A stretch of DNA of 62,082 nt, taken from IMG/VR virus record IMGVR_UViG_3300006893_000280, positions 1 through 62,082 of that record, one strand, 5' to 3'. Below are positions 19,708 to 28,683 of this stretch, piece by piece; the first letter of the stretch is position 1, and each line of letters begins with the position of its first letter. A program made the position numbers and the translations under genes. The notes under the pieces are model-generated. The model worked only from the letters and a program-made list of their open reading frames with translations, was not told where the DNA came from and ran no database searches. The DNA comes from a virus. Taxonomy: Duplodnaviria > Caudoviricetes.

Positions 19708-20481
19708 CTATGCGATGCCTACTGTGCCCAACGGGGTCAGGCTGCTGCCGGAAGCGGTCACAGCGGCGGCGCTGCCGGGCAGGGTCAGAACGTAAGGGCC
19801 GCCTGCGCTACCGGTGACGGTTGCCTTGCCCGCGCCTACGGTTGCCAGCGCCTCCAGCGCGGTCTTAACAGCAACCGCAGTCGCGTTGTAGGCAATACCG
19901 GCCGTGGTCTGGCCATCCACGGTCACGGTGAAGGTGCCGCTGGTCGAACCGTCCGGGAGGGTGATGGTCTTCGCCGTCGGCGCGGACGGCTTGGGGATCT
20001 TCTTGTGCTGGCCCTTGCCGGTGAGGGTGCACGTGAAGCCGTACAGGCCCTCCTTGTCCTCAGCTGCCGACACCCAGGACACGGCGAAGTAGCCTTCCTT
20101 GGCCTCGTCGATGTCGTCGGTGCGCCAGTAGCGGACGTGCGCGGTGTTCGCAGCGCCGATCTCCTCGCCATGGCCGCGCAGCTTCTCCTGACCGGGATCA
20201 GCGACGAAACCTGCCGCGAGGTTGCCCTTGCGCAGGCCGGCGATTTCCAGGTTCTCGCCGATGGCGGTGGCGATCTGCGACTTACGGCCGTTGGAGTGGA
20301 TATCACCGTCGTCCTGGAGGGTGACGTCATTGGACGGCGAGACCTTGTTCAGGCCCATGACGAACACCCACTCGGGGGTGCCGGACTGGGCGGTGCCGTA
20401 GTTGATGTCGACCTGGACGGCGTAGTCGCGGGCGAGCGCGGTCGCCATACCGGCCGAATTGGGAGCCTGGAGAGTAGTCAC
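19708..20481 (-). CDS. Major tail (tube) protein
   Basis: DPGQEKLR, F.CTLTGKG motifs; C-terminal Ig-like GTFTVTVDGQTTAGIAYNATA domain. Confidence 0.88.
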   Translation of the reverse strand: MTTLQAPNSAGMATALARDYAVQVDINYGTAQSGTPEWVFVMGLNKVSPSNDVTLQDDGDIHSNGRKSQIATAIGENLEIAGLRKGNLAAGFVADPGQEKLRGHGEEIGAANTAHVRYWRTDDIDEAKEGYFAVSWVSAAEDKEGLYGFTCTLTGKGQHKKIPKPSAPTAKTITLPDGSTSGTFTVTVDGQTTAGIAYNATAVAVKTALEALATVGAGKATVTGSAGGPYVLTLPGSAAAVTASGSSLTPLGTVGIA

Positions 20482-20918
20482 GGTGTCGTGCCTCCTGGGT
20501 TGAGGGTGAAAACGTAGGAGTCGGCGCGCTCATAGCGGCCGTTCGAATCCGGGGCGGTGAGCCCGCGAACCTTCCTGCGGCACAGCAGCACTCGCACGCA
20601 GCCGGGGAACGTCAGATGTGTTTGGTCGTGCAGAATGCGGCTGGCGGCGTCGGCGGCGAGGTCGACGGCACGCGGGTCTTTCCCAGCCGTACGCCAGCGC
20701 AGCTGCACGTACAGGTCCGGGTTGTGGTCGTCGCGGTCGAACAGCTCGTCGTACACGGTAATCGCCAGTGCTGCTTCTGGTTTCGCGGGCAGCAGGTTGA
20801 AGGACACCGCCGGGATATCGCCTTCGGGATATGCGCCGACCGGCTGGTAGCGGGCAATGCCGGCGCTGTGGAGGTAGCGGGCCAGGGCGTCGACGAACCG
20901 GCCGGTGTCGGTGCTCAT
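20478..20918 (-). CDS. Tail terminator
   Basis: Position; YVQLRWR...DSNGRYER motif. Confidence 0.75.
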   Translation of the reverse strand: MSTDTGRFVDALARYLHSAGIARYQPVGAYPEGDIPAVSFNLLPAKPEAALAITVYDELFDRDDHNPDLYVQLRWRTAGKDPRAVDLAADAASRILHDQTHLTFPGCVRVLLCRRKVRGLTAPDSNGRYERADSYVFTLNPGGTTP

Positions 20919-21256
20919 GACCCGAGCCGCCGCGTAACGGCTGCGCCTGCAATGGCTTCCAGCTCCGCACCGTACTGATTGAGCGGCTTTTCCAGGTACT
21001 TCGCGGTGCGGCCGTTCGCATGGTGGAGGGTCAAGTCCTCGTGCTGGCGCAGCGCGTACGGCGTGTTGTAGCCGACGCGGGCCTTACTGTCGCGCACCTC
21101 GGCGGTACCGGAGTTCTGGAGGGTGCCCTCTTCGATCGGGACGAGCGCATTCGCCTGCGCGAGAAGTACTTCTGCCGCCTCGAACAGTCCGGCTTCCAGG
21201 CCCTCGCGGGCGGCGGTCGAGACCTGCTCGCCGTCCCATCGCATCGACAGCGCCAT
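20915..21256 (-). CDS. Neck/tail-completion protein (HK97 gp10-like)
   Basis: VPIEEGTLQNSG...YNTPYALRQHE...AKYLEKP. Confidence 0.8.
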   Translation of the reverse strand: MALSMRWDGEQVSTAAREGLEAGLFEAAEVLLAQANALVPIEEGTLQNSGTAEVRDSKARVGYNTPYALRQHEDLTLHHANGRTAKYLEKPLNQYGAELEAIAGAAVTRRLGS

Positions 21257-21271
21257 CGCGCGGCCTCCTTA

Positions 21272-21598
21272 CTATTCGAGGTAGACGACTTGGGTGTCCG
21301 GGAACGGCGGGCCAGCATGGGACACGGAGACCGACACGGCGTCTGCTGTGCCTCCGCCGAATTCAGCGGGCAGTGTCAGCTCGGAGCCGGGCGGTATCGG
21401 GGCGACGGTCGGCGGGAAGACGACCGAGGTCGACGAGGTGACTTCGTCGCCGCTGCCGTCGCGAACTACCTGCCGCTTGGCGGCGACGTTGCAGCGCTCG
21501 CCTGTCGGAGCTTCGTACTCCGGCCCGGCCGCGCCGCTGCCGACGTAGCGGCGCACGAATACCCAGTGGCGCCAGAACATCGCGAGCGGGTCACTCAT
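21272..21598 (-). CDS. Head-to-tail stopper
   Basis: Position and size; VRDGSGDEVTSST. Confidence 0.7.
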   Translation of the reverse strand: MSDPLAMFWRHWVFVRRYVGSGAAGPEYEAPTGERCNVAAKRQVVRDGSGDEVTSSTSVVFPPTVAPIPPGSELTLPAEFGGGTADAVSVSVSHAGPPFPDTQVVYLE

Positions 21599-22023
21599 CG
21601 CCGGGCCACCATTGAGGAGGCGAGGCCAGCATTGCGCAGCTCGATTCGGGCGGCGGCGGCCAGCTCGGTGAGCAGCCGCGCGCGGGCGGCGGCCTGATCG
21701 GTGTTGTTGTAGCTGACCGACGAGCCGTTGGTGGATGCGGAGGCGACGGTCGGAGCAAGACCAGCCGCCCCCGTCAGCGGGTTGATGTCGTTGCTGATCC
21801 ACTCGCGCACCTGCACGCAGGTGGCGACGGCCAGCGCGCCCGCCACGATCGGGTCCGTCGGCATACCGGCCGGGGTGACGTCGTACAGGTCGTTCTTCGT
21901 GGCAGTCCGCACAATTTGTGTGGCCGCCTGGATGTAGCGGGCGGCGTCGCCGACGGCGAGCTTGTCGAGCTGGGCCGCCGTGACATGCTCGGCGAGCTGG
22001 TCGACAGTGGCGTAGGTGAGCAC
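21595..22023 (-). CDS. Head-to-tail adaptor
   Basis: YATVDQL start, ATCVQV, SAS..GSSVSY; follows capsid. Confidence 0.8.
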   Translation of the reverse strand: MLTYATVDQLAEHVTAAQLDKLAVGDAARYIQAATQIVRTATKNDLYDVTPAGMPTDPIVAGALAVATCVQVREWISNDINPLTGAAGLAPTVASASTNGSSVSYNNTDQAAARARLLTELAAAARIELRNAGLASSMVARR

Positions 22024-22073
22024 TGAAGCCTCTCAGTAAGATTGAAGATTCATTGGTGGATAACCTGTGCTGC

Positions 22074-22643
22074 ATGGCATTTGAACTTGCTCCCGCGTTG
22101 TTTGGCCTCGGAGGAACGATCGTCGGCGGCGGAATCACCTTCGCGGCTAACTGGTTGACCGCCCGCAATCAGCGGGTACTGGCCGATAACACCCGAATGC
22201 AAGCTGTCCACGATCGAAGGGTTGAGTCTCACCGCGACCTGCTTGTTCGAACCGATCAGTTCATGGAATCGGCACGAGCATTCCGAGCCATCCTGTTGGA
22301 CATGGGAGACGCCGAATCCACTGCACGGCTGCACGGTGTCTATCTGGAGAAGTGGACGACGCTGTTCGATGTGAAGGCACCAGCAACGATGGCTGGGCCT
22401 TCATCACTTGATGCGTACATTGCCGGGCTGTACGAAGCGCTCGAACGTTATTCGGCGCATCTTGATTACTGGCGCGATCAGGGACCAACGAGGAGCACCA
22501 ACGCTCTCGACAAAGAGGCTGGTCGTCGGATGTCGGTCGTCCATCAGGCGTATGCCGAATACGTCGACGCGGTACGCACTGCCATCACCCCCTCCGGGCG
22601 AACGCGGCACCAGCTCTTTAGACGCAGCAAACCGGCAGCTTGA
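22074..22643 (+). CDS. N-terminal TM helical protein (moron)
   Basis: ALFGLGGTIVGGGITFAANWL anchor; opposite strand between capsid and adaptor. Confidence 0.65.
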   Translation: MAFELAPALFGLGGTIVGGGITFAANWLTARNQRVLADNTRMQAVHDRRVESHRDLLVRTDQFMESARAFRAILLDMGDAESTARLHGVYLEKWTTLFDVKAPATMAGPSSLDAYIAGLYEALERYSAHLDYWRDQGPTRSTNALDKEAGRRMSVVHQAYAEYVDAVRTAITPSGRTRHQLFRRSKPAA

Positions 22644-22709
22644 TGTTGCACGAGAACGGGCGGGACACCGACGCAGTGAGGCGTCGATCTCCCGCCCCGC
22701 ATTGGCCGA

Positions 22710-23606
22710 TTATGCGGCGGTCGTAGGAGCCAGCAGCACTGACGCCGAGGCTAGGCCCTCGGGACGGAAGACCTTGCCGCCGTAGATGTTCACGCCACGC
22801 ACGATGTCGGCGAACCGGTTCGGGTCACGGATCGTCTCGACGTTGGACAGCTGGTTGGCGAACGACGAGGCCTCGGAGACGCCCGCGACGATCACGTAGT
22901 CGTCCTTGGCTGCGCCCGCGCCGCCGACCTTGTTGATGTTGTTCGATTCCAGGATGTCGAAACCGGCCATGCGGCCGACGGTGCCGTTGAGCAGCGGGCC
23001 GACGCTGCCCAGCTTGTCGGCGCTGATGAAGCGCTCATCGAGCAGCAGCGGTGACAGCAGCTCCGGCGGGATCGCTAGGTAGCGGCCGTTCTTGGTGACC
23101 GACGCGCGGTCGAGCTTCTCCCGTAGCTTGACCGCGACGCGGTACATGCTGAGCTGACCGGTGGTGGCCTTCTCGGGCTCGCCCTCGGTCACGGTGACGC
23201 GGCCCAGCTGGTTGCCCGCCAGGACACCGGCGGTGAGCTGCTTGTACAGGAACAGGTCGACCTGGTTCTGAAGCTTGTAACCGGCGCGGGCGGTGGCCGG
23301 GTCTTCGAAGTTCACCGCCGACTGCAGCTCGTCGACGTCGTTGACGCGGAACGCGAAGTAGTCGCCCTGGTCGATGATCATCGCGGTCTCGCTGTCGGAC
23401 AGATCTTCGACGTCGAGATTGGTGTTCTTGTCGTACTTCTTGACGGTCGGGTCACCGATTGACGAGACGTGGACGGTGTCGCCCTTCTGGCGAATGGTGC
23501 CCTCGTACTTGCGGTTCGCCACCTTAGGCTGACCGAAGACCAGGTCGGCCTCGAACGGGACGAGGACCTGGTCGGACCAGAACTCGGGAATGAAGTTGAT
23601 AGCCAT
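22710..23606 (-). CDS. Major capsid protein
   Basis: MAINFIPEFWS, NRKYEG.I...GDTVHV, FADIVRG..IYGGKV.RPE. Confidence 0.92.
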   Translation of the reverse strand: MAINFIPEFWSDQVLVPFEADLVFGQPKVANRKYEGTIRQKGDTVHVSSIGDPTVKKYDKNTNLDVEDLSDSETAMIIDQGDYFAFRVNDVDELQSAVNFEDPATARAGYKLQNQVDLFLYKQLTAGVLAGNQLGRVTVTEGEPEKATTGQLSMYRVAVKLREKLDRASVTKNGRYLAIPPELLSPLLLDERFISADKLGSVGPLLNGTVGRMAGFDILESNNINKVGGAGAAKDDYVIVAGVSEASSFANQLSNVETIRDPNRFADIVRGVNIYGGKVFRPEGLASASVLLAPTTAA

Positions 23607-23633
23607 GTGGCCACTCCTTGAACGTGGTGCGGG

Positions 23634-24368
23634 TTACTTGCGGCCGAGGATCTGGTTGGCTCGGCCTTCCTTGACCGCCTTCACGCGGTCGGCCGGGGAA
23701 AGGGCCTGGTACTGCGCGTAGGTGAGCTGCCCGGAGTTCTCGCCCTTGCCGCTGCCGGTGTCGGAACCGGACCGCTTCGGCGGTTTGGGTGGCTCGGCGA
23801 CGGCGGCGAGGCGGAACTTCGTCGGGTTCTTCTCGACGGCCTTGGTGATCTCGGCGGCCACTTGGGCGGCGAAGTCATCGGCGGTGAGGTCGAGCTTGGA
23901 CACGACCGAGGCGAAGGTGCGGGAGTCGAGCAGCGCATCTGCGTCGATGTCCTTACCGGCGGCTCGGTAGACGGCCAGCTCGACACGGGCGTCGTTTGCT
24001 TCCTTGACTGCTGACTCCAGCTGGCCGGTCAGCTTCTTCGGGTCGTTGGCCTCGTCTTCGGAGACGAACCCGAACAACGTGCCGACCTGCTGCTTGAACG
24101 ACGTCAGGTCGTTCTCGGCCTGGCTTGCACGGGTCCGGTACTTGGCGGCGTCGTTGCGTGCGGACCGCAGCCGCGGATCGTCGGCCTGGCTGCCCTTCGG
24201 CTCATCCGTCGCGCTCTCGCCGGCCTCGGGGGTGCTGGTGTCGTCCGAGACCTGTTCGCCGCCCTGTGCACCGTCAGTGACGTCAGACGCTGCGGCCTCG
24301 TCGGGCTCGGTGCCCGGCATGGTGGGAGTTGTTTCGTCCTCGGTGGGAGCGTTCGGGGCAGTGGGCAT
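23634..24368 (-). CDS. Capsid scaffolding protein
   Basis: Acidic N-terminus, RNDAAKYR, DALLDSRTF; directly upstream of capsid. Confidence 0.82.
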   Translation of the reverse strand: MPTAPNAPTEDETTPTMPGTEPDEAAASDVTDGAQGGEQVSDDTSTPEAGESATDEPKGSQADDPRLRSARNDAAKYRTRASQAENDLTSFKQQVGTLFGFVSEDEANDPKKLTGQLESAVKEANDARVELAVYRAAGKDIDADALLDSRTFASVVSKLDLTADDFAAQVAAEITKAVEKNPTKFRLAAVAEPPKPPKRSGSDTGSGKGENSGQLTYAQYQALSPADRVKAVKEGRANQILGRK

Positions 24369-24429
24369 TGTGGACCCTCCTGGGGTGCTGGGTGACAGAG
24401 CACGCTCACGCCGGGTGGCGCGCACGAAA

Positions 24430-24458
24430 GAGGCCCCCGGCGCGTGCTGGGGGCCTCG
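24430..24458. terminator. GC-rich hairpin, likely terminator for TA insert
   Basis: GAGGCCCCC...GGGGGCCTC with AAAG on the left (UUU on - strand). Confidence 0.6.
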
Positions 24459-24472
24459 ATGATTTGTTCTTG

Positions 24473-24793
24473 TTAGAGGTCGAATCGTGCTCGGAGAGCG
24501 ACCTTTAGGCGATCTAATTGTGCGGTGGTGAGTTGGCCGGACGGTTCTTTGAGCCAGCCTTTGTCGAATGCGGCGATGTCGTAGGCGGCGATGACCAGAC
24601 CTTCGTCCAGTGGGACGGTGAGCAGCTTCATCGCCGATGGCACTTCGCGGTCGGGGCGGACTCGTGCGGCCAGGAGTCGGCGGCGGCCGAGCATTCCCGG
24701 CAGCGCTTCGAGGATGACCACGGTCGCCTCCTCTGCTCCGACGGGGCTGACAGCCTTCCAGAGTTGACCTTGCGTAATGGCCGGGTAGGTCAC
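24473..24793 (-). CDS. PemK/MazF/CcdB-fold toxin-like protein
   Basis: ITQGQLW start, TVVIL, C-terminal GQLTTAQLDRLKVALRARFDL; coupled to RHH gene. Confidence 0.65.
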   Translation of the reverse strand: MTYPAITQGQLWKAVSPVGAEEATVVILEALPGMLGRRRLLAARVRPDREVPSAMKLLTVPLDEGLVIAAYDIAAFDKGWLKEPSGQLTTAQLDRLKVALRARFDL

Positions 24794-24990
24794 TCGCCGA
24801 ACTCCTGCGGGAACTGATCGGCCAGCTCGGGCTGGGCATGGGTGGCGTCGAATTCGGCGAGGGTGCGCAGGTCCTCTTCAAGAAGACGCTGGCGGACCGC
24901 GCGGGCGATGTACTCGGACACATTGCCGTCGGCGGAATCGCGCACGGCCTGGGCCAGCTCGTCCGGCATTGTGATGGTCAACTTCGTCAT
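24790..24990 (-). CDS. Ribbon-helix-helix antitoxin
   Basis: KLTITMPDELAQAVR....NVSEYIARAVRQRL; acidic tail; 4-bp overlap with toxin. Confidence 0.75.
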   Translation of the reverse strand: MTKLTITMPDELAQAVRDSADGNVSEYIARAVRQRLLEEDLRTLAEFDATHAQPELADQFPQEFGE

Positions 24991-24999
24991 ACAGCCAAC

Positions 25000-25020
25000 G
25001 ATACAGCATTCAGCTGTATC
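25000..25020. promoter_or_regulatory. Inverted-repeat operator of TA pair
   Basis: GATACAGC-N5-GCTGTATC just upstream of the antitoxin start. Confidence 0.6.
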
Positions 25021-25037
25021 AAAGTATGGCGTTGCGT

Positions 25038-25211
25038 CTAGGCTTCGTCGGGCACGTCCAACGCGTGCTTGAGCCGCCCGCGTAACCACATTCTCGCCAA
25101 CAGCTCCCGGGCAGTGCCGGGCGCGGCCGGGACGTACGGATTCACCGCAGCCACTTCACCGGCCGCCGCCGCGCCCTCCTGGTAGGCGCGAGCGAGATCA
25201 CGTCCGCTCAT
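25038..25211 (-). CDS. Small Rmf/CrpP-like protein
   Basis: AYQEG......NPY.....RMWLRG pattern; coupled to minor capsid gene. Confidence 0.5.
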   Translation of the reverse strand: MSGRDLARAYQEGAAAAGEVAAVNPYVPAAPGTARELLARMWLRGRLKHALDVPDEA

Positions 25212-26998
25212 CGCAGGAAATCTCCTCTCGCGCTCCGCATCCGGTCGGCCTCCGCTGGGTCGAGTAGGTCGGCCTTGAACTCGTCGAGCGTCGGGCGGCC
25301 GTGCTGGTCCCAGTAGGCGCGCAGCTCCTCCGAAGCGTACTTCTCGGCGGTCGTGGCGTTGCCGAACCACAACGATCGCGGATCAACTCCGGCCGCTTGT
25401 CCGGCCCTGGACAGCATGTAGCCGTTCGTTGCCTCCTCGGCGGCCAACCAGTTCGTGTAGGCGCGGTCCCTGAACGCGTGGCGAACCAGCTCGGTGAACG
25501 ACTTCCCCTCGTACCCTTGCCCGCGCAGCATGCCGATAGCCGCTTGCGAGCGTTGGGTTTTCACCGAGATGCCGTACGCCTTCTCGACAGCATCCTCATG
25601 GTCCCAACCGTCGGCCATGAGCTGGTCGTACTTGCGCTCATATCCGGCCCACCGTTCGGCCCGCTTGGCGATGAGCTTGTGGCGGTGCTGGTCCTCGGCC
25701 TCGATGCGGTCGAGTAGAGCCATATCGAGGTCGTTGACGGCCGTCTCCGCGAGGTCGGCAAGCTCCTTATCGTCCAGATGCTCCAGCTCGCGCTTGCGCC
25801 GCGTCAACTTCGCCTCCGCCTTCGCGACCGGCGACTTGGCCGGGAGCTCGGGCGGGTTCGGATTGCGTGTCAGCTTCGTCAGCGTGTGCGCGTTGCTCGC
25901 GTCGCCGTCGCGCAGCTGCTCACGGTGCAGGCGGCGGATGACGCCGGTCCGGTCGACGTGGTCGCGGATCACGGCCTGGCGGGCACGAACTTTCGCGGTC
26001 GCAGACTTCTTCGCCTCCGGGGTGATGGCCGCGGCTTGCTGCCGTTTCGCTTCACGCACTTGCCGTTCCAGGCGGCGAAGCTGCTGCTCGTCGGCGTAAC
26101 TCTGCTCGTCGTACGGTTCGACCTTCGGGCGAGATGCGCCCGGAACCCACAGAGTGTGAGTGTGTTTGCAGTTCGGGTGATGCAGGCCGGCGCTTTCCGC
26201 CTCCCGCATGGACGCGACCACCGATTCAGTGACAGCGGCGCCAGTGAATGGTGAAGTGCTCTCAACCTTCCCGTTGGGAGTGCGGCCAGTCAACGACACG
26301 ATGCAGCCCTCGAACCGCCTGCACTGCGGTGCGGGGCGCGGGTGTGAGGAGATGACGACCAGGTCGTAGCCGCGCTGCAACAGCCGGTCCGTATGGCCCT
26401 GTTTCAGGGCGCGCAGAGCGGCTGTGCGGACGGCCATTTCGGCGTAGGTGTCGACGCGCCAGTTCCGTCCAGCCTTGTCGCGGAAGCTGCTGATCCCGCG
26501 AGCGGCGAACTGATCGAGAGCGGCCTGGGTCGCTTCTCGTCGGGTACCGACGCCGGTCACGACGCGGCCCGCAACGTCGGCGACGACCTGCCGGTAGCCG
26601 TCTACCGTCGATCGCAGGATCTGCGAATGCGTCGACACGACAGCCGCAGTGGCTTCGGTGGCGAGGGCGGCTACCGCTTCTTGCGAGACGACCGGTGCGG
26701 GGGAGCTGGACGGCGGCCCCGGAATGTCGCCGTCGGCGGCAGCGACTCCAGTTGCATGCGCGGCGAGTAGCGCGGCCTCGATCTGCTGTGCGACAAGCGG
26801 ATCGAGAGACAGCAAGAACCCGCGTGCCTCCTTCGACAAGCGGACCATCTCGCCGAGCTGCACGCTCACCCACTGCGGAGTGTCGATGCCCTTCTCGATC
26901 GCCTTGGCGACGCGGGCAAGTAACTGCACTTCAGCGTCGGCGTAGATCTGGGCGACTCCGTCTTGCAGTCCTGCGACGGCGGCGGGCTCGAACGCCAT
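25208..26998 (-). CDS. Phage minor capsid protein (MuF-like) with C-terminal extension
   Basis: DKAGRNW..DTYAEMAVRT, SSH..P..C..FEG, GLHHPNCKH, QLRRLERQVR. Confidence 0.85.
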   Translation of the reverse strand: MAFEPAAVAGLQDGVAQIYADAEVQLLARVAKAIEKGIDTPQWVSVQLGEMVRLSKEARGFLLSLDPLVAQQIEAALLAAHATGVAAADGDIPGPPSSSPAPVVSQEAVAALATEATAAVVSTHSQILRSTVDGYRQVVADVAGRVVTGVGTRREATQAALDQFAARGISSFRDKAGRNWRVDTYAEMAVRTAALRALKQGHTDRLLQRGYDLVVISSHPRPAPQCRRFEGCIVSLTGRTPNGKVESTSPFTGAAVTESVVASMREAESAGLHHPNCKHTHTLWVPGASRPKVEPYDEQSYADEQQLRRLERQVREAKRQQAAAITPEAKKSATAKVRARQAVIRDHVDRTGVIRRLHREQLRDGDASNAHTLTKLTRNPNPPELPAKSPVAKAEAKLTRRKRELEHLDDKELADLAETAVNDLDMALLDRIEAEDQHRHKLIAKRAERWAGYERKYDQLMADGWDHEDAVEKAYGISVKTQRSQAAIGMLRGQGYEGKSFTELVRHAFRDRAYTNWLAAEEATNGYMLSRAGQAAGVDPRSLWFGNATTAEKYASEELRAYWDQHGRPTLDEFKADLLDPAEADRMRSARGDFLR

Positions 26999-27016
26999 GG
27001 GCAGACCCGCCTTCCG

Positions 27017-28681
27017 TTATGCCGCGAACAGCGGCTTGTCGCCGTCGTCTCCGATGTCCTCTGCCGGGTGCGCCTCGTCGGGCGGATCCTTGATGTCGGG
27101 GTCAGGTTCGGGGAATGGCTGGTCCGCGCCCAGCGTGAGTGGGTCGGTGACTGCGCCCTCGTCGAAGATGCGAGCCACCTCGTCGGCTACCTGGATGTCG
27201 TCGTACTCCGGATTCAGGTAGCGGACCTTCCACTCGGTCGAGGCCGCCCTCGCGGATTCGACCGCCTGGAGGGTCTGTCCCTTGGACTGGACCGATTCGC
27301 GGGCAGCGGGCGGCCAGTGCACGTCGAGCTCCTGGCTCAGGACTGCGCCGGTCTCGAACACGGCGGCATCCACTTCGATCAGCGTGCGGGCGGCCTTCGC
27401 CAGGACGGACTTCCAGATGCCCGAGCGCGCCTTGAACGTCGCGGTGCTGGCGTCCTTCTTCGCGTCGACTTCGGTCGCGGTCATGGCTGCGCCGGATTCA
27501 TCGGCGAGCCCGAATGTATACGGGGAGAATCCGACTCGTCGCAGGATCGCGCGCAGGAACCCTTCGCCGGTGCGGAGGTGGTCGTCGACTCGGATTGCGA
27601 ACTGGTGTGCCTCGATGACGGGGGTGCCGTTGGGGACGCCGCCGACCTTCTCGTATACCTCCTGCTCGACGTTGAACGTCGAGCCCTTGCCTGGCCCCTT
27701 CACCTCTAGCAGGTGCTCGGAGACCATGAGCCGGGCCTTGGCCAGGCGCACGTCACGCGCCAGCGACGAATAGGTTTCGTCGATTTGGTCCATGAGACCG
27801 ATGACGGCAGGGTCGCCGATATCGGACCGGCCGAAGTGCTGGAGGGTGCCCTTTCCTCGAAACATCGGGTTGGGCAGCGCATTCGGGAAGTAGAAGGCAG
27901 TCAGGTCGGCGGTGCCGGTGTCGACGTAGCCCTCTTCGTTGACTGGAATGCCCTTGGTCTCAGTATGTTCGGTCACATCAATCTGGCGGCCCAGCGTCAC
28001 TGCGGTGCCTTCGTAGAGGCCGTGGTAGATGCGGCCGTACACCTGCGTCTCGGTGCCGTCGGAGTGGAACTCGACATATCCGGGCTCATGCCGTTCCAGG
28101 TGGCGCAGCACGCGGTCTCCGGCTTCGTTCTGGTCGACGACCTCCCAGAAGGTCACCGCGGATAGCTCGCCGTAGATGAACTCGGGCACAGCCTGATCGG
28201 CGCCAACGAAGTCGAGCCAGGCGTGATCCTTCACCGCTGCATTCCAGACGATGCGCGCGTAGACGCCACCGAGAGCCGAGCCGGCCTCGGCTCCCTGGAG
28301 CATCGCCGAATGCATCTGCGGCGAGTTGAGGATCTTGTCGACCCGATCGCGGGCCTCACCGTTGGCGTCCGCGTCGTCAGTGGCGATACGAAACGCAACT
28401 GGGTCGGGCAATAGCAGTGACGCGGCGGTCTGCACGATATCGGCGGCGATCGGGATGTGGATCTGCCGAATCTGGTTCGACACATCGGGTTTGGTGCCCC
28501 AGAACAAGCGCTTGATCCGATTGCGCAGCGTGCTGCCGAAGCCTGTGCGGGCGGGTTCGCCGTGGCTGGCGGACAGCTTCTCGGCGTCGCCTTCCCACCA
28601 CACCTGGCAGGTGGCGAACATTTGGAATGCGGAGGCGAGGTGGCGGGGCGGCCATGGTGTGTTGGCGTTAGGCAACGGCAT
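27017..28681 (-). CDS. Portal protein (SPP1/A118-like)
   Basis: Follows terminase; GRSD, IDETYSS, MTATEV motifs. Confidence 0.9.
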   Translation of the reverse strand: MPLPNANTPWPPRHLASAFQMFATCQVWWEGDAEKLSASHGEPARTGFGSTLRNRIKRLFWGTKPDVSNQIRQIHIPIAADIVQTAASLLLPDPVAFRIATDDADANGEARDRVDKILNSPQMHSAMLQGAEAGSALGGVYARIVWNAAVKDHAWLDFVGADQAVPEFIYGELSAVTFWEVVDQNEAGDRVLRHLERHEPGYVEFHSDGTETQVYGRIYHGLYEGTAVTLGRQIDVTEHTETKGIPVNEEGYVDTGTADLTAFYFPNALPNPMFRGKGTLQHFGRSDIGDPAVIGLMDQIDETYSSLARDVRLAKARLMVSEHLLEVKGPGKGSTFNVEQEVYEKVGGVPNGTPVIEAHQFAIRVDDHLRTGEGFLRAILRRVGFSPYTFGLADESGAAMTATEVDAKKDASTATFKARSGIWKSVLAKAARTLIEVDAAVFETGAVLSQELDVHWPPAARESVQSKGQTLQAVESARAASTEWKVRYLNPEYDDIQVADEVARIFDEGAVTDPLTLGADQPFPEPDPDIKDPPDEAHPAEDIGDDGDKPLFAA

Positions 28682-28683
28682 GT

